Position numbers and translations under genes: made by a program
Notes under the pieces: generated by a model
What the model saw: the letters and a program-made list of their open reading frames with translations, nothing else
What the model was told of the DNA's origin: nothing
Databases searched by the model: none
Shown here: positions 9,247 to 17,288 of the stretch, piece after piece
Layout: each line of letters opens with the position of its first letter
Numbering within the stretch: the first letter of the stretch is position 1
Origin: a virus
Taxonomy: Duplodnaviria; Caudoviricetes
DNA: 57,193 nt
Reading direction: 5' to 3' (one strand)
IMG/VR virus record: IMGVR_UViG_3300035670_000250
Location: 1 to 57,193 of that record

Positions 9247-10113
9247 TTATTCCCCAAAAGGATTTGTCTCGGAAAAGTCTAAGAACTGCAATGAGTCTGT
9301 TTCAATGAGACTGTTATCATTGAAAGCTTGAGAATCAACTTTGGTGGTTTTGCTGTTGATCTTGGCGTAAACATCACTGTTTATCACATATCTGTTTTCA
9401 GTAGCAGTAGAAACTTTCCACTCACCTACAGTTTCTCTAACGGACAGATTCGAACCTGTATATCCAGTCACTATCGCAGTGGAATCTGCGGCAGTCATCG
9501 ATCCGAAAGTTGAACCATCGTTGAATGAATAAACCACATCACCCACACTGAATGTGCCAGAACCACCGATGGATCCTATATTAAATGTTGAAGTAAATTC
9601 TCTTTCATCCACTGCATTGTCTATTTCTTCTAGATTCGTATTGACATCCTCTTCGCTGTATTGGAAGAGTTCTGTTTTCAGTGTATAAACATAATTTTTT
9701 CCTAACTGATAGAAGGGATTTTCGTGTTCTACGAATTTTATTTCTAAAAATTTCTTGGTTAGTGGAAAGTAAAGTAGATCACCCTCCATTGGTCTGAACT
9801 TGTCCGTGACGTTTTGAAATCTTTTCTTCGACACCACGAAAGTTGCACTGTCTCGTATTTCAAGACCAAATTTACTGATATAATCTCCATCACCCTCAAA
9901 GGAATCGACTGTTTGAAGGTGCATTTCTATGATGAAGTGTTGTCTGAAAGATGATATGGGGTCATCACCGAATATATTTGGTTGAAAATTTAATTCTCTG
10001 GGAAGATAGTAGATATCAAATCCGTGTATCTTAATTGATTCTACGACCAAATCTTCTATGAGGGTCTGCTCGTACCTAGAATTGTAATTAATAAAATATT
10101 TGTTGGTTGCCAT
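9247..10113 (-). CDS. gp14: Neck protein
   Basis: EQTLIEDLVVESIKIHG, YYLPR, PMEGDLLYFP, FVEHENPFYQLG, C-terminal DFSETNPFGE. Confidence 0.95.
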   Translation of the reverse strand: MATNKYFINYNSRYEQTLIEDLVVESIKIHGFDIYYLPRELNFQPNIFGDDPISSFRQHFIIEMHLQTVDSFEGDGDYISKFGLEIRDSATFVVSKKRFQNVTDKFRPMEGDLLYFPLTKKFLEIKFVEHENPFYQLGKNYVYTLKTELFQYSEEDVNTNLEEIDNAVDEREFTSTFNIGSIGGSGTFSVGDVVYSFNDGSTFGSMTAADSTAIVTGYTGSNLSVRETVGEWKVSTATENRYVINSDVYAKINSKTTKVDSQAFNDNSLIETDSLQFLDFSETNPFGE

Positions 10114-10114
10114 C

Positions 10115-10933
10115 TTAACCTACTATGAAAGAAGGTGGGAGTTCAAATTCATTGATGATTTGTTCCTCTATTTTATCTATTTCAGTTTGTGCTTCATCGA
10201 TCATTCTTTTTCCGTTGAAAGTCACTCCTCCGGGCATGGTGATTCCTTCAAACTTGGAAAGGTTTTCCCCCCACTGTTTTTTGATTAGTGCTGTGGTATA
10301 TTTTTTCAACAGACGATCATTGTAAATTTCGGGGTATACTCTCGGATCTAAAATCCTAAAGCACTCTATAATGATATAATCATCAGGTTGAAATTCTTGT
10401 CTGAGGGTCATGGGGAATGTTATCTTGTTTGTTACTCTACTGAACTCTATTTGTTTTTCGGGTGTCAATATGTCTGAAATCAAGTTGAGATATTGTTGAA
10501 TCATTGCGTAGTTTTGCAAGTCAAACGAACCGAACGTATATAGTTCGTTCAAAGCATATTGATAACGAATGTCAAACATTCCAATAGAAGTATTTCTCAA
10601 CTGAAACACCCGAATAACACTTGCAATAAGATCTTCCAATGGGACTGTTTCCGAGACTCCTGCCTCAGTTGCAGTCACATTTCTGTCCGCATCGGCAAAT
10701 CCCGTGTTCGAAGCTTTCATGGTTATGTAACCATTATCTATGTCTTCTTGTTTTAGTTGATACTTCAGGTAAACTTTTTCGACTCCATCAAAATGGAATT
10801 CCGAAAAAAGTTGAAGTGCATCGTCTAGGCGATCTTCAATCTGACTACCATCAACATTGATTTCGATCACTGGTGCTCCGAGTTTTCGAAGGCAATAGTC
10901 GATTAATTGCTGTCTTCCTGTGAGTCTCGCCAT
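10115..10933 (-). CDS. gp13: Neck protein
   Basis: YCLRKLGAPVIEINVD, EFHFDG, KKQWGENLSKFEG..MPGGVTFNG. Confidence 0.96.
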   Translation of the reverse strand: MARLTGRQQLIDYCLRKLGAPVIEINVDGSQIEDRLDDALQLFSEFHFDGVEKVYLKYQLKQEDIDNGYITMKASNTGFADADRNVTATEAGVSETVPLEDLIASVIRVFQLRNTSIGMFDIRYQYALNELYTFGSFDLQNYAMIQQYLNLISDILTPEKQIEFSRVTNKITFPMTLRQEFQPDDYIIIECFRILDPRVYPEIYNDRLLKKYTTALIKKQWGENLSKFEGITMPGGVTFNGKRMIDEAQTEIDKIEEQIINEFELPPSFIVG

Positions 10934-10938
10934 GTGAA

Positions 10939-10975
10939 AAATCTCCTAAAAACCTAGAAAGTATTTAGGAGATTT
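10939..10975 (-). promoter_or_regulatory. 12-bp stem-loop covering the gp13 Shine-Dalgarno, with a late-promoter-like CTAAATA in its 5' arm
   Basis: Minus strand reads aaatctcctaaa-tactttctaggtt-tttaggagattt-ttcacATG; the arms are perfect complements. Confidence 0.7.
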
Positions 10976-11000
10976 ACATTTATGGTTTTTGAACCGAATT

Positions 11001-12248
11001 TTAGATGGTTCCGCCTCGTTTTATCAAAGCATCCATAGCAAACTTGTGATTTGCTTCTATTCTCTGCTTCTGATCCTGTGGATACTTGTTCTCTTGGAGT
11101 AGTTTACCAGTGGCGATGTATGCTTCTCGGTATCTTTCGGTCCAGAACGAACAAATTGCATATTCATCCCAAACACCCCAATCGTAAACACTTTGTCCGA
11201 CGAACAAAGCACCTTCGGGATAGTTCAGTGAAATTGCTATCTTTGCATAACGATACCCCTGATCGAAACGGGAGTAGAGACGACAGATTCTTGCAGCTGC
11301 CCAAAGAGGTTCTGCGCGATACGGTGCCATCTGATAGGAGTCGAAGTACACCTTGAGGATTTCGTCGATGGGCTTCCCGAGAATTTCCATGATTCGTCCA
11401 ATTTGGTACTTGGAGTAGAATGCTTCTTCTTGCCACCCACCAAGATCAACTCTCTTTTGATACCACTCAATTGCCTTTTCCCATTGTTGGCAATCACGGT
11501 AACTCTGTGCGAGATAGAAGTGATAACGATTGAAATCCTTCTCTTCCACATTTCCAGATGCAATTGCTTCTTCGAATACCTTTGCGTCGTCTTCGTATTT
11601 CTTGGGGTTCGAAGAACGAGCTCCGTCTTGAATGGGAGTGTTCATAAATCCACGAGCAAAGTCTCGGGTCTCAATTTTTTCTTTGCAGTCAACATATTCG
11701 TGGAGGACACCGCGATAGTAGAATTCCTTCGAATTCGATGTCAACTGTGGGCGATGATACTTGGTGTTTCCGTAGAAAGCAAAAATGTTGTAGATGTCCG
11801 CGACGAGTCCCTTCTTGAATGTGTCGGGATCGAAGTTCGAGTCATAGACAAGAACTTCGTCTGCATCAATCATGAGAGAATAATCTGCCTTGTCTCTTGC
11901 GAGTTCTAGTGCTCTAGAACGATTGGTTCCAAAGTTGACCCAAGGTTCTTCATGTAGTTCGCCGGGAATGCCGACGTTATTGAAGAACTCGCGAATTTTT
12001 TCCTGTGTTCCATCGGTGGAACCAGTGTCTAAGATGACCCAATGGTCAATGACTGGAAGAACGGAAGCGAGGCACCTTTCGATTACCTTCGACTCGTTCT
12101 TGACAATCATGCAGAGTGTAATTGTCTTTTTTTCGGTCAGTGGTTTCTTGGGTTTTGATGGAGTGGGTGGAACACTCAACATCTCGGGTGTGATTATGGT
12201 TGGTTTGTTTTGTGTAGGTTCAATCAAAGAATTCATGACTTCAGGCAT
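11001..12248 (-). CDS. GT2-family glycosyltransferase with C-terminal TPR repeats (probable protein glycosyltransferase)
   Basis: TLCMIVKNE...ERCL, ILDTGSTDGT, NFGTNRSRAL, DxD motif IDADE, GVLHEY, then TPR-like helices (FYLAQSYRD...AIEWYQKR; FYSKYQIGR). Start moved to ATG 12248, which has GGAGA 7 nt upstream. Confidence 0.9.
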   Translation of the reverse strand: MPEVMNSLIEPTQNKPTIITPEMLSVPPTPSKPKKPLTEKKTITLCMIVKNESKVIERCLASVLPVIDHWVILDTGSTDGTQEKIREFFNNVGIPGELHEEPWVNFGTNRSRALELARDKADYSLMIDADEVLVYDSNFDPDTFKKGLVADIYNIFAFYGNTKYHRPQLTSNSKEFYYRGVLHEYVDCKEKIETRDFARGFMNTPIQDGARSSNPKKYEDDAKVFEEAIASGNVEEKDFNRYHFYLAQSYRDCQQWEKAIEWYQKRVDLGGWQEEAFYSKYQIGRIMEILGKPIDEILKVYFDSYQMAPYRAEPLWAAARICRLYSRFDQGYRYAKIAISLNYPEGALFVGQSVYDWGVWDEYAICSFWTERYREAYIATGKLLQENKYPQDQKQRIEANHKFAMDALIKRGGTI

Positions 12249-12281
12249 ATCAAAATCTCCATTGCAACAAAGGTTCAAATA

Positions 12282-12289
12282 TATTTATA
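12282..12289 (-). promoter_or_regulatory. T4 late promoter TATAAATA upstream of the glycosyltransferase
   Basis: Exact TATTTATA on the + strand about 35 nt upstream of the start. Confidence 0.8.
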
Positions 12290-12293
12290 ACGA

Positions 12294-12581
12294 CTAAATC
12301 ACTTGTAGATCACAAATTCCAGTCAATCCATCGCAATCTGTTCCAACAAGAGTTCCACCGACAACAAGACCAAACTCGCCCCCAATGCATTCTGCCGAAG
12401 CGGTTTCAGGACAACTTTCACAATCTCCTCCGGGGCAATCAAGATAAAAACGAAGGCACCCTGTACATGGTCCCACAGAACAAGTATCACAATCTTGTTG
12501 CCCTTCGTCTATCACATAAACACATCTAGTTGCAACACAAGCACCACCACAACAACATGATCTTCTGTGCGAGAAAAACAT
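12294..12581 (-). CDS. Small Cys-rich protein (95 aa, 15 Cys)
   Basis: ATG overlaps the upstream stop (TGATG at 12583-12579); fills the gap in the operon; contains CCCGG and CxxC motifs. Confidence 0.7.
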   Translation of the reverse strand: MFFSHRRSCCCGGACVATRCVYVIDEGQQDCDTCSVGPCTGCLRFYLDCPGGDCESCPETASAECIGGEFGLVVGGTLVGTDCDGLTGICDLQVI

Positions 12582-13258
12582 CAACAAACTCCATCGATTG
12601 GGTTTGGTGCAGAGAAGAAGTAACTTCCACTTTTGTATATGAGTTCTACTACAGTTCCATTGGGAACAGGCATCACGGCAAATCCGGTGAACCCTGATAG
12701 AGTTATTCCCTGATCCCCTGTTACTGAAATTCCATATGCAGTTGTTCCTGTATTTTGAATTTCAAGAAGATTTTTTGCGGTTACTGATGGCGCACCAATA
12801 CTCCACGAAGTTCCGTTGAAATCTGCACTGTATACTATGTATTCCCATCTAGCAACTCCACTTTCTTTTGAGTTCCCTGATATGGAACCCAATTCCGATC
12901 CAAAAGTTATGGTAAGGATATTGTTCGATGAAGAATGGGTTATCGAGTGATCTGAGAAAAATTTGAGTGATTCTATGTCAGTATATTCAACTCCATTGAC
13001 GAATATTGAACCGATAGTTCCTGTAGATCCCGTGGCACCATCCGTTCCATTTGTGCCGTTTGATCCAGCTGGTCCAGTTGGTCCTTGAAAACCGATTCCA
13101 CCAGATCCACTTGCCAAATTTGAAGGAGTGGCAATCCATGATGTGGATTCTGTGTCATATGTCCACAGTCTCTTGATTTCAACACCATTATCGTTGGTAA
13201 ATGACCAAGAAGCTGTTTGTCCATCAGATGGGTTTTTGGGAAAGGTTAGACCGGCCAT
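12581..13258 (-). CDS. Small fibre/virion protein with short collagen stretch
   Basis: N-terminal FPKNPSDGQT...WTYD....W phage fibre motif; GFQGPTGPAGSNGTNGTDGATG triplets. Confidence 0.7.
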   Translation of the reverse strand: MAGLTFPKNPSDGQTASWSFTNDNGVEIKRLWTYDTESTSWIATPSNLASGSGGIGFQGPTGPAGSNGTNGTDGATGSTGTIGSIFVNGVEYTDIESLKFFSDHSITHSSSNNILTITFGSELGSISGNSKESGVARWEYIVYSADFNGTSWSIGAPSVTAKNLLEIQNTGTTAYGISVTGDQGITLSGFTGFAVMPVPNGTVVELIYKSGSYFFSAPNPIDGVC

Positions 13259-13302
13259 TTATGTGTCCTTTTATGTTTATTTATTTTAATTTTATAAAAA
13301 AT

Positions 13303-15378
13303 TCAAATCTCTTCTAATGGGATACCCAAGTCGGTTCCTAAAAATCTTTTGTTGTTTGCATAATTTCTGACAGTTCTTACTCTCTCTAGACCGAAATAAT
13401 CCAATTGTCTGCATAGATATTTGTGCCATGCAGAACCCTCACGCCAATCTGCGGTTATTCCTCCAGTTGGTGGAAATCTGGTTTCTAGATTTTTTCTCAT
13501 ATAACCGTTTATGTATGATTTTCTAGCAGAACTTTGGGTTTCACTTGTCGGACTTCCGAAAGCACATTCTAAGAAAAAGTAAGATGCACACCAAAAAACG
13601 AAATATTTGGGTTTCAACACTTCACCTTCAACAAACCCATACAAAGAAGCCTCTTCTGCTGTTATTGGATCATACAAAGACTTGAGGTATACATCTTTAA
13701 AATCTTGGTGTTCTGTAGCGAATCCGAGATGAATATTTTGTCTCAGAAAAGCATCAAAATGCAGTTCTGTTCCTATTGCCGCTTTTCTTCCAAAGTGCTT
13801 ATAAAAAGCCAACCAATTTAATCTCAGAGCTCTATACAAAGCAATTTTTTTATTTTCTTTTGGCAACCAAGAATTAAGAGTTCCAGAAGGAACTAAAGTT
13901 GCTCCTGTTGCAGATACATCGAAACTAGCCGGTCCCATGAAATATTGGAGTTGACCACTCCCCACTGGAGTATACGGATCTGATGGGGCGTTGCTTCCTG
14001 TAAAGTTAGCAATATCCCAATTCGCAGTCGCACATATTTCTCTAAGATCATGATTTGGTAAAGTTTCATAGAATTGATAAACAAAACAATCTATGTCTTG
14101 ACAATTTGAAAAAATTGCTGCACAGTGAGACGCACCTTCAAAACTCATTGCTTTGGCTCTGTTTTCCCTAGACCCCAACGGATAACTCCCACCCGATTCC
14201 CATTGGTTGTTATTGCCAGATTGAGCTGTAACAGATAAGTTTGTTACGTCCCAAATATAGTTAGTAAATCCAGTGTTTCCTTCTCCGAAAGATCTAGCCG
14301 AAGCTGCATTTTTGTTGTACGAATCAGTTCCAAAGGCTATGGTATTGTTTGCGGCAAATTGGGGGGGATTATTCCACCACCCAGTTCCAGCCAAAGGATT
14401 GGAAGCAGTGATTCTTTTCCCCCAAACTATCATCTTTGGTGGTTTATTAAAACCCAAAGTTCCTTTGGTGTAAGGTCTGCATAAATCTACAATGTCGTTA
14501 TATGCCTGACCCAAAGCTTTATACATGTTGTAATAAGTGGGAATGTGGGGTAATATTACATTTGCGCTTGCACCTGGTTCAACTATTTGTGTGTTTCCGC
14601 CTATTTCGTAATACGCTCCAACTGTTCCACTGGATATTCCACTGCCATTTATTGTAAAATTTCCACCAAAAGCGCCGTCTTCTATCCATTTATCATATGT
14701 CTTCAACATTTGTATGGAAGCGTTTCTGAAAGTTTTTTCATTGTCCGAAAGACGGAAAAAGTTATAGTCTGTAAAATTTTTATAAGTTTCGGTTATTGGA
14801 TCGAAATAACCAGTGGTGCCAGAATTGGTTCTCGATGGATCACCAACGTCTATAGCTCTATCCGTCAGAGTCGGGTCTCCGACAAAACCTCTGATTATTG
14901 TTGAGAAATATCCGTCCGGCTCCAAATTCACCGAAACCCAATCCAAAACATGTGAATTTGTTGAATTGTTTATTGTGGTGGTCGATGCAAATCCACCCGA
15001 ATAACCACCCAAAAGTCCTTCGACTGTTCCAGTTAAAGTTATTGATGAAGATAAGCCATCATCAATTTCCCCGTGTGCATCTCTTCCGAAAGTGACATGA
15101 TATAGAGAAGGAGTTTGATCAAATGTAAACAACGAACTTGGTGTACCAGCTCCAGAATTGACTCCAAAAGCGACCCCCAATGATCTATATTCATCTTCTA
15201 TCGAACGAGATTCTTCGATGTCATCTGTGGACATCTGTGAGGACCAAGTAATTTTTTGATTGTTATAATAAGATTGAAGAAGAAGTCCCTCGACACCATT
15301 GCCTTGGTGTGCTATTACTATCTCCAATTCATCTTCTTGGGAACTATTCAATATATTTCTAGATAATCCTAAAGGCAT
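13303..15378 (-). CDS. Hypothetical protein (691 aa), probably virion-associated
   Basis: Long co-oriented ORF in the late module; Gly/Ser/Thr and aromatic rich; no family recognised. Confidence 0.6.
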   Translation of the reverse strand: MPLGLSRNILNSSQEDELEIVIAHQGNGVEGLLLQSYYNNQKITWSSQMSTDDIEESRSIEDEYRSLGVAFGVNSGAGTPSSLFTFDQTPSLYHVTFGRDAHGEIDDGLSSSITLTGTVEGLLGGYSGGFASTTTINNSTNSHVLDWVSVNLEPDGYFSTIIRGFVGDPTLTDRAIDVGDPSRTNSGTTGYFDPITETYKNFTDYNFFRLSDNEKTFRNASIQMLKTYDKWIEDGAFGGNFTINGSGISSGTVGAYYEIGGNTQIVEPGASANVILPHIPTYYNMYKALGQAYNDIVDLCRPYTKGTLGFNKPPKMIVWGKRITASNPLAGTGWWNNPPQFAANNTIAFGTDSYNKNAASARSFGEGNTGFTNYIWDVTNLSVTAQSGNNNQWESGGSYPLGSRENRAKAMSFEGASHCAAIFSNCQDIDCFVYQFYETLPNHDLREICATANWDIANFTGSNAPSDPYTPVGSGQLQYFMGPASFDVSATGATLVPSGTLNSWLPKENKKIALYRALRLNWLAFYKHFGRKAAIGTELHFDAFLRQNIHLGFATEHQDFKDVYLKSLYDPITAEEASLYGFVEGEVLKPKYFVFWCASYFFLECAFGSPTSETQSSARKSYINGYMRKNLETRFPPTGGITADWREGSAWHKYLCRQLDYFGLERVRTVRNYANNKRFLGTDLGIPLEEI

Positions 15379-15394
15379 CTTATTCCTCGTAAAA

Positions 15395-17266
15395 TCATTG
15401 GGTATAGTTCAAACTGTAACTTCCAAATATTCTATAACCATCAGAGAAGAAAGTAATGATATCATATTTCTTAGTCGAAGTTGGATAAATTGAAGATGTC
15501 GAACCAATTCCTCCGATTACCCCGCCTGACCACCATATATTATTTCCTTGAGGTATCTCTATCTTTGAACCATTAACTCCAGTGTGACCCAAAATCAAAG
15601 TCATACTGTCGCCGGTTCCAATTTGAGAAAAACCAGTTATCGTTAAAACTGTGGAACTACTATTCAACATTATATTGTCAACTGTAAATGTATTGCATGT
15701 TCCAAATGGAATTGTCAATTCGTTATCTGTTCCCGATATAACCGATGAATAAGAATATGCGGTAATGCTTTCTGTGTAGTGAACAAAGTTTCCACTATAT
15801 CCACTTGAGGGAATCAAATTTTGATTTGTTACTATCGTTGATAAAGCATTTGCACTTAAAGAAGAATCGTATCTATATTGTATTTCGTTGTTGTTTCCTA
15901 CTGGTTCTGCACCACCAGTTGGTCCTTGGAAACCTTGGAAACCTTGGAAACCCTGTGAACCAGTTTCACCCTTTTCACCAGCTGCTCCAGCATCACCAGT
16001 TGGTCCTTGGAAACCTTGGAAACCTTGGAAACCTTGGAAACCCTGTGAACCAGTTTCACCCTTTTCACCAGCTGCTCCAGCATCACCAGTTGGTCCTTGG
16101 AAACCTTGGAAACCCTGTGAACCAGTTTCACCCTTTTCACCAGCTGCTCCAGCATCACCAGTTGGTCCTTGGAAACCTTGGAAACCTTGGAAACCCTGTG
16201 AACCAGTTTCACCCTTTGCTGCCGCTTCTCCAGGAGCTCCAGTTGGACCAACAAATCCTTGGAAACCTTGTGAACCAGTTGGGCCAGTAGTTCCTTCTAA
16301 TAAAACACCACTAGACCCAAACCACCCCACATTTCCGCCACCCAAATCTATAGCAGGACCATACAACACATTAGTTGTTGTATTTAACCAAAAATCACCA
16401 CTAACTCCATCGGTCGGTGACGGTTGTCCCGTTCCACTTAGAACTGAATTTCCTCTTAGTCCTTGGAAACCTTGAGCTCCCTGAACACCTTGATCTCCAG
16501 TACAGCAAGGACCAGTCGGTCCAATTAAACTAGTTGGGTCTCCCCAATAGTTAATAGCGCTAGTCACGGATAAAGGAGCTGGTTGAACTTCTCCTCCCGA
16601 TAAATCTGGAATCCCATCACCATTTCTATCATAAACCCAAATAGCAGGACCGTATATGTTATTGTTAACCGTGTCAATCCAAAAATCTCCACTGACTCCA
16701 TCATATGGAGACGGTTGACCAGTTCCACTAAGTATTGTTCTCGCTCTCAGTTCTCCACCCGATATAGCTGGTAGTCCGGCAGGAATAAAATCAATACTCC
16801 AATATTCTCCCTGTTCGACGAATTCGGATAAACTCGGGAGAGTTACTCCGTCAGCAGTATAACTGAAAATATTTTGATTCATTAAATTGAGGGTGTTGTC
16901 CCTCCACTGAATGAAGTCTTCTGCTTTTGATTTTTCTGTCGTTGATGTCGAGAGATAAAAAGTAGCGGCATCTGAAATAGAAGCAAATCCACCAGAAATT
17001 GCTTCTGCATCTAATAAGTTGTATATTGAATTTTTAAATTCTTGTATATAATATGAAGATGGGAGATTGTCGAATGGATTGTCCCCAGTTGTGCCATAAG
17101 CGATATACTCACCCGAGGAATCTTCTAAAACATACCACCTATCCGTTTCCAAGTTTAATAAAAAAGTGGAACCGGAACTGGTTACTCCAGAAACGGTGTA
17201 GAAAGAATAATTTGAAGTGAGAGTTGTCTTGTCTCCTCCGGTTGTCAGTCCTACTTGTATTGCCAC
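15395..17266 (-). CDS. Collagen-like tail fibre protein (GTG start)
   Basis: Two LSGTGQPSP.DGVSGDFW repeats, about 130 aa of Gly-X-Y, C-terminal beta domain paralogous to that of 35067-35957. Confidence 0.8.
   Translation of the reverse strand: MAIQVGLTTGGDKTTLTSNYSFYTVSGVTSSGSTFLLNLETDRWYVLEDSSGEYIAYGTTGDNPFDNLPSSYYIQEFKNSIYNLLDAEAISGGFASISDAATFYLSTSTTEKSKAEDFIQWRDNTLNLMNQNIFSYTADGVTLPSLSEFVEQGEYWSIDFIPAGLPAISGGELRARTILSGTGQPSPYDGVSGDFWIDTVNNNIYGPAIWVYDRNGDGIPDLSGGEVQPAPLSVTSAINYWGDPTSLIGPTGPCCTGDQGVQGAQGFQGLRGNSVLSGTGQPSPTDGVSGDFWLNTTTNVLYGPAIDLGGGNVGWFGSSGVLLEGTTGPTGSQGFQGFVGPTGAPGEAAAKGETGSQGFQGFQGFQGPTGDAGAAGEKGETGSQGFQGFQGPTGDAGAAGEKGETGSQGFQGFQGFQGFQGPTGDAGAAGEKGETGSQGFQGFQGFQGPTGGAEPVGNNNEIQYRYDSSLSANALSTIVTNQNLIPSSGYSGNFVHYTESITAYSYSSVISGTDNELTIPFGTCNTFTVDNIMLNSSSTVLTITGFSQIGTGDSMTLILGHTGVNGSKIEIPQGNNIWWSGGVIGGIGSTSSIYPTSTKKYDIITFFSDGYRIFGSYSLNYTQ
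15913..16215. repeat. Coding tandem repeat (GPTGDAGAAGEKGETGSQ plus variable GFQ) x3
   Basis: Exact DNA copies of ccctgtgaaccagtttcacccttttcaccagctgctccagcatcaccagttggt separated by 2-4 copies of the 9-mer ccttggaaa. Confidence 0.9.
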
Positions 17267-17288
17267 TTTGATTATTCCTTTAAATTTA

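Noticed and set aside
15913-16215. Regularly spaced repeats resembling a CRISPR array
   Set aside because: No unique spacers; the units are in-frame coding sequence; no cas genes.
15805-16475. Plus-strand and alternate-frame ORFs with PWKPWK, LGNLGN or VSKVSK repeats
   Set aside because: Shadows of the 9-bp collagen repeat on the real minus-strand gene; no RBS or independent signal.
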